A DNA stretch of 63,948 nt, counting the filler, from Porpidia crustulata (lineage: Eukaryota), in the NCBI GenBank assembly GCA_964255105.1. It is 3 parts of 3 records of this genome, joined end to end, with 100 filler letters (N's around TTAATTAATTAA, not from the genome) between each part and the next. Parts side by side here need not be neighbours in the genome. Positions count along the whole stretch, not along the records: positions 1 to 22,341 come from CAXUWE010000087.1; 2 more parts are not named here. One strand, 5' to 3'. Made by a program: the position numbers and the translations under genes. This document shows, in pieces, positions 1 to 13,350 of this stretch. The notes under the pieces are model-generated. The model had not been told where the DNA came from. It did not search any database and saw nothing but the letters and a program-made list of their open reading frames with translations. Numbering within the stretch: position 1 is the stretch's first letter; every line of letters begins with the position of its first letter.

Positions 1-885
1 GGGTTGGCGAGGGACGGGAAACTGGATAATTGGAAGCAGACTGAGAGAATCGGCTTTGCGTGTGTGGGGAAGTGATGGATGTAGGCGGAGAAAGCTTCGA
101 GTTTTGGGTTGCAATTTTTGTTCTCCAGTGCCGAGTCTTTAGACTTAGGAGGATAGATGTTGAGTAGTCAAGTGATAAGCGTTCGCTTGCAGAGGGAGTT
201 GACGGTTGTAGGACGGAAGTCTAGAGGTTGAACGGAGCGCTATTTCAAGGAAGCTGAGTGGGGCGATTCAACGCTCTCATTTCAGATTCTTGGACAAGTA
301 GGCGGGAAGTAGAGTGATATTGTTGGGACCAAGTAAATTTGCTCTCGCTGTTTCTTGCGATTCCCTCTGGCCGTTTCAGAACCCAGCGATGTTTGCGATA
401 CCATCTCCACCACAGTCCACAGATATGTCTTTCAACGACGGTTCGCTGTGAACCCCATAGCTCGTCGAGCCTTATTCATGAGCTGGTAAAGCGATCTGCT
501 CTCCAATGGCTGCAAGAGGTCCTATGCCGTGTTGTGGGTGGCTCTAAGCTGCGGTAGATTGCGTCAGGGACAGCGGTGGTACATGGGAACGGGGAAGCAG
601 ATCGATGCGCTCGTTTGGCATGATGATAATCTTAGTGATACTGTTCGAGATGGTGAAGGTGAGCGGAGGATTTGATGTCTATTATACTGCGGTCCTTCTT
701 TTCCATCATGATTCTAGTTTATATGACGCTGGTGAGCATGGTTGTGTGGGTGTTAGTGCCCATGGTGCTTTCACGTCTAACCTTCTCCGTTAGCTTGGGT
801 CTATGGCTGCGGCGCAATGTTCTCCTCGATGGTCTGAGAAGAAAACGATACGGGCATGCTTGATGCCCAGAAGCCAGGACATGGT

Positions 886-3664
886 TTACGTCCACGACGA
901 ATCTAGCAGAGCCGAGAAGTGGTAGATGGCCAATATTTTCATGGTCTTGGGCGGACCAATGGATTCTCCAGATTCAGTTCTCTTTGGCATCCATGCAACC
1001 ATAGAATACCACCGTTGTGATATCTCAAGAGTAAGTTTGTCGTCATGTTTGTGGTCGTGGTAAAGAGGTAAATTAACTGTTTCATCAAGCAAGGAGCTGT
1101 TATCTTTGGAGGGCACTAGACAGTGCGTAAGGTTGCAGTCAGGCCCCTGAGAGAAAATATCTAGGTTGGAACCAAGTCGAAGGCTGAAAGGAGAAAGAAC
1201 TCTCTCGTTTCTCATGGTCTACTTATTGGCTTGTGGCTCGATCGAAGACTTGAAACTACGAGATTGGCGAACGAACTCCGGCATAGTAGGAGGAAGTTCC
1301 AGTGACGGGTCTGACACGGCTCAATCACAAGGGTAAGATAGTTCTAGATTGGCAAGGCCCCTGACACGGAATTTTCGGGTTATATGAAGCTGAGGAGTTG
1401 ATTACGCTATCGGGTCTTCATCCAGACTGATAGACATGGTGATCCAGCAATTAGGGAGCCCATGTTCCCAGGAGTCTAGCCGTTTTCCAAGGATGGCAGA
1501 AGCTAAGGGCTGCCATCCCCGTCAAGCCTGTGCAACCATAGACTATGTGCCTTCGACAACGCCTATAATGATTGGTCGGATCAGCCGTATGTCTCCGGTA
1601 GATGATGATCATCTGAAAGACTCTTGTAACCGAACTTAGGAAGCTTATATATTAGCTTAGTGTGGCACACGACGTAATGCTACGACTATTAGCTTTATCC
1701 AACGGCTTGAGCCAGAGAGCCAAGTGAAGATCGAATCCACGGGTGTATCATGAGTGGCTCTCCACCACCTGTCTCGGACATCATCATGTTCCAGACCTGC
1801 ATTCGGTCCTGTACTAATGTACGTCGCTACCCCTGAAACGTAGAACAAATCGTGATCAACGGGAAGACCGTTACTTTTCTCCTCCACCACTCAACTTGAG
1901 TGCATACTGGAATGGCTAGGCAAATGATACCACAAGCGTGATTGGCACACGGAAAGCGTGGTAATGATATCGAGAGCATCAAGATCAAAAGGGAAAACTT
2001 CGATCAAGCGTGAGGGGCCTTGGAGGCCTGAAAAGTCCCCCCTTATCGGAGATAGCACAGACGGAAGAAAAAGCACGAATAGACTGCAAAGGATAGGTTA
2101 TTCTTGAAGCCGACCAGACACAAAGACCGAGACGAAGGAAATGATAGATCTGGGCATTCTCATCACTTAGCGTACGGTGCTTTGGAAGTCGTGATTGCAA
2201 ACGAGGCCACCCACGAGAGCGGATCACCTGGCACCCGAAGAGCGTACAATTGCCATCACGGCTAATGGATTCCGAGAGCACATGTTACCTATTGTTTGAG
2301 ATATTGGAGGAGTCGTGATCGGATGTCGCAGCTCAGAGGCTTCTTCAGGTGCGTTGGACCTAGGTGCTGGTGGTTTTTATGCTTGGATTTGAGTACATGG
2401 TAGAGAAGCTCTTCATGATGTAGCGGAAGACGGGTTTTTCCCACTCAGCTCCAGAAAGCCACCAACTCCCAGATGAAGACCTGCGACAGCTGGTGATCAA
2501 ACAAACATTGCGATGTTTCAAGATATGGAGGTCAGGAAGGTTCAGATATCAGTTGGCCCTCGTTATGTCAGCCCAGGCATCAGCCTCATGAGGCTGATGC
2601 GGCAGTCAGGGCAGATTAGTGACAGGAGTGTGGCTTGCCCGAAGGAGGCTATTGGTAATCGGTTTTGCGCATACCGACAACTTTCAGCAATTGATATTAC
2701 TACCTGGTAGCTTAGTCTGTGTGTCTGTATGGTGAACTGCACAATCTTTATGATCATGGTGAAGATGAGCGATCAAGAAACTCGCATCGCATCAACTCTA
2801 TTCTACTGTGCCCTACCACCTACAAATTACTCAGACTACATCTCCCTGAAGCGCTGACCCTTCCGATGCTTTTTCGTTGTCATCCATCATTACCACCGTG
2901 GCATGTATTCGTAATGCGTCGTCTGTCTGCTTCATGTAAGAGGTCGTTAAGCGGACTACTCTTGTCATCTATCGACTGTCATGCTGACGAATACTGTAAA
3001 GGTGGTTCCAGGACTGATGTTAATATAGGAGGAGAATGCCCTGTGAGGAGTTGGTAATTTGTAATTGCAAGAAATCCGCCAATCCATCACGCCTCCATGA
3101 TCAACTGGTCTAGCTCAGAGGCGGGAACCCGAAATGGTAAGATAAGTAGGTCAATGGATAGATACGTCTCAGGGTAGTTATCGGTGAATTTTATTCCTTG
3201 AGCTCTGATCTTTTCTGTAACTTTAGGGCGGCAGCATAGTCTCTCGTAGCATGGGCAACGATGCATGACTTCAACTCTTTTTAGATAGTCTAACTCGTCG
3301 CAGTAAAAAGCTTTGTCATCTTCATCTTCCATGAACATGTCAATTGTGAATCCTCCGTGCTTATTGTCAGCCGCCGGTAGCTAAATTATGCACCATCGGA
3401 TCTGTGAGTGCATTTGGGAGGCTGTGTGTTGAATATTGTCTGAGTAGTCTCCCTCAGTAGTCTGCCAGACACTGCAGACTCCCTGGCTCTTCTTGATCCC
3501 CAGGCTTCTTCCAGGTAATAGCTATAGTTCCAACAAAGGATTTGCCGAGATGCCCTACTCAATGATTCCTTCCATGGTTTTGGCCAGCGGGTGGAAAATC
3601 CCTGGGGGCGCTTAAGGCGTGCTAGATCCCTGTGGCTTAGCTCGTTTAGCTTTTGCGATTTCAA
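886..3664 (-). pseudogene. Fragmented, unidentified coding-like sequence
   Basis: A run of same-strand short ORFs with protein-like composition. ORFs 1891-2076 and 1657-1890 are in frame and separated by a single stop. No family recognised. Confidence 0.25.
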
Positions 3665-4702
3665 AGATTAGTAGGTACTGGCCAAATGGAATTGCTATGA
3701 TCAAGCTGCGCCTACACACCTTTCATTTATCGTCTACCATGTTGATGCAGGGTTTAGGTACATAAGTCACTCGATGACTGGTCAAATTGAACTTGAAGCG
3801 CGAGAACATAATTATAGATACTCCGAGACAAGATTGATTGGAACGACAACGGTGAACCCATGAACCAAATGTTGGTGACCTGTTCTCATCTGACGGCCGA
3901 AGAATGTACGTAGACGTCAGAATACCTGGGCAACGTTCAGACCTTCATTGAGACCGTCATTTGAGCCTCTGCCGGTCTTAGATCGTTTGCTACGATGGAT
4001 TCCCGACGTAAGCTTTGTATACTGATGCTTGGAGAGGTCAGAAGCATATCTGAGTGTGACATCTTGACAAGCACGATCGTTGACTGACGCCGTTTCCTCC
4101 GGCGTTGGATCCCATAGCAATCATTTATCGTATGCGCGCGGGCCATTTAGTTGCCCGAGGGCTTTTAAATCTGTATGTATGTGTAGAAGGTGTGAACGTA
4201 ATCGTGGCTCTCTTTACCTCTCGCTCGTCACCTCTGATGGTCTATTGCATACGATCTCTGGATTATCATGACTGCATTGGCTAGAAATGCATCACAAAAG
4301 AGCGAGAAGTGGACGAGAATCAACGAAACGTCGGTCTGCGCGCCTGGCTAGATAGCAATTACACTTCTCGAGCCAGTAGAGCAACACTCGTGTGCAAGGT
4401 GCGCTCAGTAATAGCGAGAGAATAGAATCATTTATAGTTCAACATATCAGCAGAAATGACGGAATGGAGAAGGTAGTACAAGATCAATGGAAATCATTAA
4501 CCGCGGGCGCCTTCTGACATGCACCAGTAAACCATACCAACCGCAAGCTCGTGACCCCGAATACCAAAGAAATTGTATATGAACATGAAAACCAAACCCA
4601 AGCCGGCGCAGAAAACTTATAGACTTCCCTCCGGACTACCCGATCATGGATCATTTGCGGCTAGAGTAGGACCCGACCGAGTGGAAGCGCATATGCAGAA
4701 TC

Positions 4703-5347
4703 TCACTTCTTCTTGTGATGAATGCGGCGGACGTGATCTTTCATATTGTCCACCCGACTGAACACTCTTTCGCAACCCTGCCACTCGCAAGAGACACCCG
4801 GGGCGTGTTTGGCCTCGTGACGGTCGCGATCCTTTTTGCTCGAGAACCCGGGCTGTGCGGTCTGGGAACAGCCTTCGAAGCGGCAGAAGAGGGATTTCGT
4901 ATGTCGCCGAAAATGTTTGCGTAAATCACAGCCTCTGGTGAAGACTGCTTGAGAGGTACAGCCGGGATAAGCGCAGCGCCAGCTCCTGCCATCGGAGAGC
5001 GGATAGCCAAAATTCTGTAGATCTGCCGGGTTCCCTGGAGATGATGAACGTGAGGGTTGAGAGGAGGTTCCATCATCAAAGGCGTCAGGACGGAGATTGG
5101 ACCAAGAGGAGCTTGACCATGGCTCCGTCGGGTATTGCGTCGGGGCTGTCAGGCCATGCGACGGCTGAAGCGGAACTCCAGCCGATGACGGGTTGAATTC
5201 CGGAACCCAGTGCTGCGAGGGTAGATAGGGTAGACCGACGTGCGTTGTCGGAGGGTAAGCACCAGAGTCTTGGAGGAAGAGGCGTCGGGCCTCTTCCTCT
5301 TCCCCTTCCAGAGCTCTCTCTGCTTCAGAAGACAAGAAACCGGACAT
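4703..5347 (-). CDS. C2H2 zinc-finger transcription factor (three fingers at C-terminus)
   Basis: Fingers: CAYPGC...LRKHFRRH, CRFEGC...RDRHEAKH, CEWQGC...FSRVDNMKDHVRRIH. The likely start is MSGFLSS at 5347; the ORF track extends further upstream. Confidence 0.85.
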   Translation of the reverse strand: MSGFLSSEAERALEGEEEEARRLFLQDSGAYPPTTHVGLPYLPSQHWVPEFNPSSAGVPLQPSHGLTAPTQYPTEPWSSSSWSNLRPDAFDDGTSSQPSRSSSPGNPADLQNFGYPLSDGRSWRCAYPGCTSQAVFTRGCDLRKHFRRHTKSLFCRFEGCSQTAQPGFSSKKDRDRHEAKHAPGVSCEWQGCERVFSRVDNMKDHVRRIHHKKK

Positions 5348-7765
5348 GTTTGCGCGAGCTCGAGAGCGCCTTGATGCAACTGATGTGAAGAACGGATCGT
5401 TTTGACGCCGTCGAATCGAACGACCACTGCTTTTGCTGATTGAATGTCTTGGGTGATATATCGAAATGGAAGTGATGAGAGTATTCGAGGGGAACATATA
5501 TGAGAAGCCATTCATCTCATTCATTTCAGCGGATATTTTTATCAAGGAAGCAATGTCAGACAGGCACAATTTTTTCCTCAGGTGTTTGAGAAATGAATGA
5601 ATTGGAATTGGTATCGGAAGTAATGTCAGAGTCCACACCCGCATGTACAGGTTAGGCCACGCGGCGAGGCCCTGTGCCGCTGAAGAGGTTCAGGTACGTT
5701 GGAAAAATGATTCGCTTGCATACGCTGTCGATTCCTTGCTCGCCCTAAAGGGTATTCGATAGGGCTGGCCCACGCCTACTGCTCCTTGGCTTCGATATAC
5801 CAAAGTCAGCAAATCATTGGCTTCTCAGCTCCGGCAACAGCTCGTCAGGGTTGTCGCGCTTAGGGTTGGAGGGGCTGGTATAAGAATTCACTGCCTCAAA
5901 ATCCAGGGCAAGGTTTTATGGTTAATGGAGTAGAACCAATTGACATGGCGTGTCCGATCCCTTGGGCCTGGGAGTGTTATGTTTCAAGTTTGCTGAGGCT
6001 GAAAGATGCTAGGCAAGAAGATCGTCCGCCAAGTAGGGGGTGATGAACACTGCGGGTAGGGTAGGGCCTTAAATGCGGGTAATTGACTCATAGGGGTTTT
6101 GGCTCTTTCGAAGGAGGAGATATGAACGATGAATCTTTATGAACTGCTGAATGTTTTGGTCAGGTTGCTTGGATGCAGATGTGTCACCTCTGTCGTCTCC
6201 GTCAGAAGCAACACTGTGATGATAGTCCAGATTTTCGAAACCCTATGTAGTCTGTACTGTACACAAAAGACACAGATCTATAGCCGGAGGCGAAAAGAAA
6301 TGCTACGAGTATATTGACGTCAGATAGATAGCATTCACCGGTATATCATTGAGGTCTTCAAACCATACACCGATAACCTGGGGTCATGCATGATGCAGCA
6401 GTCCAACATCTGTGCATGTCTTATTAGCTTTGACAATGGTCTTCCACTGGACCTCGTCTTCCTCTTCTCGTCCCGCGAAAGCATACAAGGTAACCCTGGA
6501 GACGCCATTCGATACGGAATTCGATACCTTATGAGGCGTGATCAACCTTAATCTCATGTCCTTTGACCGAAAACAGACGATTGCCGACATTTCTGTAAAG
6601 GAACATTCCCTGAAGAGTATCACATCCATAGCCTACCTGATGCAGAAGAGGCATCATCAAGTTGCTAAATGGAGATCATGGAGCTTAACATCTGCTTTGC
6701 AAGGCAGATATCTCATATCTGAATAGAAGTTTAGGGCAGATAATAAATGTCTCTTGAAACCACTGATCTTCAGGTGTGCAAGGGTACTTGATAGGTCCCC
6801 TCAGGCATACCTCAGGTGCGATGTTCATCGTGCAGCATTCTTCTTGTGGCAATCAGCCATAGAATGTTCTCTGCTGCTATAGAAGAGGATGAGACAAGCA
6901 AGGTGGCTTGCTTCTGCAAAGCTGATCAGGTACAGCCTACGGCGTCAGGGAAGCAGCCGCGAAAGCCTAGCCATGTAATTTCCAGCAAGGAGCAAACATC
7001 GAGACGTGATTAAATAACTGATTACAACTTTTGTGTGTGTGATTTGTAAGTGTGGGTGTGTGCTTGGTTAAGATCGCGGTACTGACTTTAGAAGAACATG
7101 TCGAGTAGGTTGGTCGAGGAGGTTAGGACGATCACGGGCCGCGAGGCTGTGATGAGTTAGAAGGTTTAGGATGAAAGCCACCCCACCGAGCAGCCAGCTG
7201 GCTAAACCATACCCGTAGTGGTTGAACCGTTAGATCGTGGAGTCGGAAGAAGAGGCCTTACTGGGGGCGGAATTAATTCGATAGTTTAGGAAACGAAAGT
7301 GTACCCGTCATCCCACTTAGCGGATGCGCAGCGGGGGGCCTGAACGACAATCGCAGCGGAGGTGCGAGTCAGCCTTGACTCACTCTCTTCTAGTTTGTTT
7401 GTAAGACGGTATTGATGTACTATGTAATACTAGATAGCACAGTGATGTGATGATCTATAACGAGCGACATTGCGAGAGTGCAACTGCAAAAATCACCCGA
7501 GGAAGCGGGCCTTACTGTTTCTCTATCAAGTCTGTCTATGAGTATCAATGTCGCACTTTCACTCGCTGAGACGAGCTGACAAAATGCAACCTATTACACC
7601 AAACATGCAAATATTTCATGATCCGTGTCTGGGTAGCCTATTGCTTTGCCTAATCCCGTTGCTCCGATATGTCTCCATTTCAAGCACTGCAACGATAGAC
7701 TCATGTTCAGCTGCTCTGGTTGAGCTGGAGAACATATGTTATTGCCTTAGCCGTAGTGACTAGCA

Positions 7766-10586
7766 CTATCCGTCTCCGGTTCCCCATCTACCGATTTCTA
7801 TTGGCTCGTCGCAAAGAACGTCAATTTCGACACCCTCAATGTCTTCAACTCCCGAACATCCCAACCGTTCGACTACAATCCAAAGTCCTACGGCATCGCA
7901 CATCTTGGGCTCCACGTCAATCTCCTTGCTACGTAGACTACTCAAGTCGTTAGCGAAATCGCCGCAACCACTGACTCCTAGAATCTGCTTGGAAGGCCCT
8001 TGCCCAGACTCGATCGTGAATCTGACCGGCGATCTTAGTACTCTACTCGATCCTATTGGATCCTGTATGGGCCTAGCAATCAAAGCAAGACGTGCGACCC
8101 GATGCACAAACAAGGGCGCCAAAAGACGGTCAATGCCGGGCGTGAATAATGCGGTAGGGAGCTTTGAAAACATTCTTCCGGCTCCTTCATTTGGCACACG
8201 CTCCACTGCGCACTCCGACATGGTGCCAATCCGCAGGCTGAATTGACCAATCTGGCCTGCTTCAAAGGTAGAGCAGACGATAGTATATGTACCTGGTTGT
8301 ACGCTTAGTACCTCTGCGATGGCGTATCCGATCCTGTACTCGCCGCTATCGCCAGCAACGTCTCGACTGGTGATCGAAGTAACTCGCTTCCCGTTCGCCC
8401 ACACGAGCTTCAGGTGTATGGGGAAGTCTTCCGTACTTTCAAGCAGTAGGATTACGTCAGAGGCATTACACAATCGAATGCTGAACTGAGGATTAGTAGA
8501 ATAGAAGATGCTGCTCGCATTCCCACCCGATGTTGCAAATGACCAAGAGCCGTCGTGCTTCTGATAAGAAGAGTACTTATCCCGGGCTTCACCAATAATG
8601 AGTGTATCGAGGGAAAATGCTGTCAATGTGAAGTTGCAGCTTGAGTCAGGAAGTCCTTGCTCGGAGACCACCGCTGTATAGGATGTGTTGGCCGGATACT
8701 CGAGCTTAAGCAAGGCGTTTGGAGAGTCAACGTACGGACTACGCACGACAGCGCCATCTTTCGAAAAGACTTTTTCGCCATTATTGTCGAAAACGTATAA
8801 ACTGATGAAATTGCCATTGTCCATGGCTTGGCATCTGTTCTTCCCCACGTGGTCTTCCGAAGCTTGAGTTTCCGTCGTGAAATGTCTACTAAGAAGCAGC
8901 CATACAATCCCACCGCTATTACTGTGTACCCGATACTGTGGATTCTGCGCAAACGAGCCACGCAGTTGTCTTAACGTAGTAATGTCCCATGTAAAGTGGA
9001 TATCTTGTCGAGCAGCAAATAAGCCCGGGTTCCAATTCAGATACATAGACCCAAAATTCTGGAGAGCATCTTTCAAATCCATCCAGATCATTCCAGCTGT
9101 CATGGACTCGATTCCCATTTCTGAAACGCCTAAATTCTTTAATTGGAATTCCTGTGACTCGCCATTTCGGACACTGATAGGGATACTTCCTTTCTCAACA
9201 TTTCCGCCAAACCAGGGATTCTTGATCAGAAGTATGCATCGATCTCCATCTTCCTTCATGTCTACGATCGCATAGTTATGCTCCCCAACTAGCCCGGTCC
9301 ACTCTTCTTCGCGCTCGGACAGCTTTCCAGTACCGATCGTCGCGAGGACGTCTCCGAAAGAAAAAGCTTTGAAAATTCGGCGCCATAACGATGAAGGTGC
9401 TATATCTTCACTGCACGCCCTATCATCACTCCGATCCCGCCATGACGACCTTGCAGATTGTAGCAAATTTACCTATGTAGAAACACTTGCTCTGGTATCC
9501 ATCCTGTCAAGACCCATAAGTCGGTGCCTGAATTGCTTCCTGGAAAATCGTAGCCGCCTCTCAATTTCAGATAAGCTTTCTCCAAAAGCGCTGGCCAAAG
9601 TAGGCCAGGATTGTTCCGATCAATGACGTGCAAAGTTCTTGCTGTCTTTGAAGTAGGTAAAAGATCATCAATTATGACCTTTCGGTAGCAGCCATTAAAG
9701 TGCATCCGAAAAATGTATTTTCCGTTTGCAGAAATGACTGGTCTTTCTAATTCAGGATCATACGGATAGAATATTGATGAAGTGATCTATGACTGTATCA
9801 GACGAGAGCCTATCTCATTCTCAAGGTGCATCTACTTGGGAGTGACCATGACTTCCCCTAGCTATGCCTGCGCATAGACTCGCAACGACGGAGCAATCTC
9901 TGTTGATATCTTGAACAAGGTCGACGCTTTGTTCAGAAATCATAGTTGGGCATGTCTCAGCAGGCCCCTGAGGAACCTGTGAATTGGGTGGAGGCAGGGC
10001 GTCATTGGGTCGCTTCCAGCCATCAAAGATCTCTAATTGCTGTTCTGAAAGAGAGAATCGAGTTTTGTCCCTAACAAAGTAAGCCAATAAGCTGCGGTAC
10101 TCCATTATATACATGAGATATTCCTGCCCAAGGTAAGCATACTCGAATTGAAGTTCGCCTGGCTTCAGGTCAAATTCTGAGTCACTTGGCTTGTCTTTCC
10201 AGGGCAGAAAAACAGACCCATACAGTCTCGAGCCCTCTAGCAGAATAATCTCTTCTCGTGTCGAGAGAACGCGATCAGATCTAGGCTCTTGCAGCTTAAG
10301 GATCGTCTTATGAGTATCTGTCGGCTTAGACTTGACGATTTTCAGGGATTCAGCCCGCTCAATCAATAAGCGGCATTTTCGGTCAAGGGTCATCTTTTCG
10401 TCTTCGGTTTTTGCCCGCTTCAATTGACGCATACATGCTTCAGCTGCGTCAACAGCCGCGTCAACAGCCGCGCTGTTGAAGTGGACATGTAGAATGTCTC
10501 CTTCCAAATCTCTGATAAACCTTCAGTCACAATCGGACCTGGCAACAATATCAACATTACCTTCGTCCCAATTTCGATGTCTCCAT
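7766..10586 (-). CDS. palB: Calpain-like cysteine protease PalB/Rim13 (pH signalling), multi-exon
   Basis: Calpain catalytic triad QDINRDCSVVASL / EHNYAI / KNPW, plus IDDLLP, LWPALLEKAYLK-GGYDFPGS and two C2-like NPQ repeats. GT-AG introns join the ORF pieces. The start exon is inferred. Confidence 0.93.
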
Positions 10587-10849
10587 TGGGTTTTGACGGC
10601 TGTCAGCGAGCAGTCAGCCCTGATCGAAACGGACATGTCTCGGATCATTTCCGTCATGCCTCGGCTACCACATGACACTCCTGATATGACGCGGGGTTGT
10701 TTTCGGCCGCAAGGCCCAAGTCCTGAACTTACTTACTACTACCTACTTCCTGTTGCCCCAATGTTTTTCTACCTCTATAGGATTTGGACTTGAGCAGACT
10801 TTCTTTTCCAGGCTTGTACCCATATTCCAAGGACACAAAAGTCGCTTCA

Positions 10850-11983
10850 ATGGCCGGTAAAGCAGGACATGCACCGCTGCCGCCGTGGGGTAATGCTTTA
10901 GCAGGAGCCACCGGTGCGGTACTCGCAAATGCAATCGTTTACCCTTTGGACATGTAAGTGGTCCTTTCATAGTATTAGATGTATCTTGATAGCCCCAGCT
11001 GACATGTGTCTGGAATTTCAGCGTCAAGACTCGCCTGCAGGTGCAAGTCAAGCGCAAAATTACAGAGACCGAACCTCTAACGGTAAACGATGCGCACTAT
11101 ACCTCACCCTCGATGCCATCAAGAAAATCATGGAAGATGAAGGGTTCACGGGCTTATATTCTGGGATCCATGGGTCTTTAATTGGTGTTGCGTCTACAAA
11201 TTTCGCCTATTTCTACTGGTATTCCGTCATCAGAACACTCTACCTTTCGATGCAGAAACTTCCAAAACCTCCGAGTACCGCAATAGAGCTCTCATTGGGT
11301 GCTACAGCTGGAGCTGTTGCCCAAGTCTTCACCATACCCGTGTCTGTCGTTACCACGCGCCAGCAGACTCAGCCGAAAGGAGATAAGAAAGGGTTATTTG
11401 ATACGGGTAGGGAAGTGGTGAACAGCGAAGATGGAGTTTCTGGACTATGGCGGGGTCTTAAGGCCAGCTTAGTCCTAGTAGTCAATCCTGCCATCACGTA
11501 TGGCGCATACCAAAGGTTGAGGGATTTGATATTCCCCGGAAAATCCAATCTCAGGCCATGGGAAGCCTTTGGTGAGCGAAATGTTAACCCATACCCAACG
11601 AATATCCTAAATGAATCCTAGTACTTGGCGCGATGTCTAAGGCACTTGCGACGTTAGTGACCCAACCCCTCATTGTCGCCAAAGTCGGTCTCCAATCTCG
11701 TCCACCACCGGCGAGACAAGGCAAGCCGTTCAAGAGCTTTGTGGAAGTGATGGCCTACATTATCGAACACGAAGGACCTTTAGCGTTATTCAAAGGTATC
11801 GCGCCACAGATAACCAAAGGTATCATTGTTCAGGGTCTTTTGATGATGACAAAGGAGAGGATGGAAATTCTCTTTATCGTACTCTTCACCTACCTCCGGA
11901 AATTAAGATCCACCAAGCTATCGCAAGCAGCAGAAGCAGCAGCTTCAAGGGCTAAAGAAGTGTTGCCAGTGGTGACTAAGTGA
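10850..11983 (+). CDS. ANT1: Peroxisomal adenine nucleotide transporter (mitochondrial carrier family)
   Basis: Starts MAGKAGHAPLPPWGNALAGATGAVLANAIVYPLD. Carrier motifs STNFAYFYWY, PVSVVTTRQQ, LVVNPAITYG, QPLIVAK. Two introns. Confidence 0.9.
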
Positions 11984-12581
11984 CCAGTCGACAAGAGCCT
12001 TTATTGTCTCCTGTATATAATGCTTAGATGTGTACATATACTGTGTTTTCGGCGTGCATTCACGGGCGTTCCAGCGGATCTAAACCGGTATATAGATCTC
12101 CAAGTCGTGCAGCTCTAGCTTTCACCTTATGACCAAAGGCTCTTCTACAGTTCTCGTTCGTAGTCATCCCGCACAAAATGAAAAGAAAAACTGAAATCTT
12201 TGAAAGTCGAACCGAACAAAATGACATCTACCCACTGCAATTACCTTCAGATTCTTGACAGTTCTGATGCTTTTGAGGCATCTGCAGATGTGAACTGTAT
12301 CGTACCAGGTAGTTTTACCTTGATTGATTGGTGATGCGCGATGCAAAAGAGCAAGCACGAACAGACAGAGACACGAGGTTTTGGTATCACGGCTAGCTAG
12401 TCAAAAGCTGCTGCAGGGTCCTTGCAAAAATGATCATTACTAGAGGCTCTACTATATACTTATAGGTACTACTTTGGGATTGCGTATAATTTACTATACA
12501 ATATAAAAGTTTTGATCAGAAACCCATACTATCCTCGCAGAGATACCAGAGCAAGTCTAAGCCTCCGCTACCAAGAGAATC

Positions 12582-13350
12582 TTATAGCATCAGCGCCGCC
12601 CAGAACGCTCCGATCATCGCCCCCCCGAGCGACATCCTGCTTCTGATCAGCGCCCCGTCTCCCGTAAAAGGACTTGCGGTCGGCCCTGTAACGCTAGCAC
12701 TAGCACCGAAGGGAGTACCCGTACCTGTCACATTCGCGCTTGTAGCGTTCGTTCCCAACTCGAAATACGTTGCCGCCAAAGGCCCTCCGGCCTTGAAATC
12801 CGCAGCAATCCTGCTGACGTTGAACCCGGAGCGGAAGGTATTGTTATATGGGAAGTTCGGCGGAATAATGAAATTTGGCGGCTGTGGGTAGAGGAAAAGA
12901 ATGTACGGGTGACCAACAACGGTGGGGGCGAGATAAGGGACTGTCGCGGGAGAATTGATGGTGGCGTAGTAGATGTGGTAATTCGAGCTGGCATTGGTGG
13001 AGAAAGTCACATTCGGTTGGAACCAGAGCAGCTTGGCGGGATTTGGAGCGGAGAGGTTCGCATTTGGGTCGACGAAGACGGCAAGATATTCGGAGGGGGC
13101 CGTTAAGGGTACGGAAGAGCTGAGCACGGGGACTTTGGCGGGGACTGAAAGGGGTGTCAGTGTTTGCCACGGCTGCGAAGCGTGAAGAGCGGAAGCGCTG
13201 ACTGGCGTAATCGAGGACTTCTCCATCGCGTACGTTGTGGTGCCCATATCTAACACCTAATGTGCCGTTCGTGCCGGGAACATAGCTTAGGGGGGTCGCA
13301 GCGAAGGTAGTAGTAGCAAGACACACCGCCACGGCTATGAGGGAAAACAT
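12582..13350 (-). CDS. Secreted, probably GPI-anchored PEBP-like protein
   Basis: Signal peptide MFSLIAVAVCLATTTFA. PEBP-like YLAVFVDPNA...PYLAP...HPYILFLYPQP...FNV. Ser/Thr tail and hydrophobic C-terminus. One intron around 13148-13200. Confidence 0.7.
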
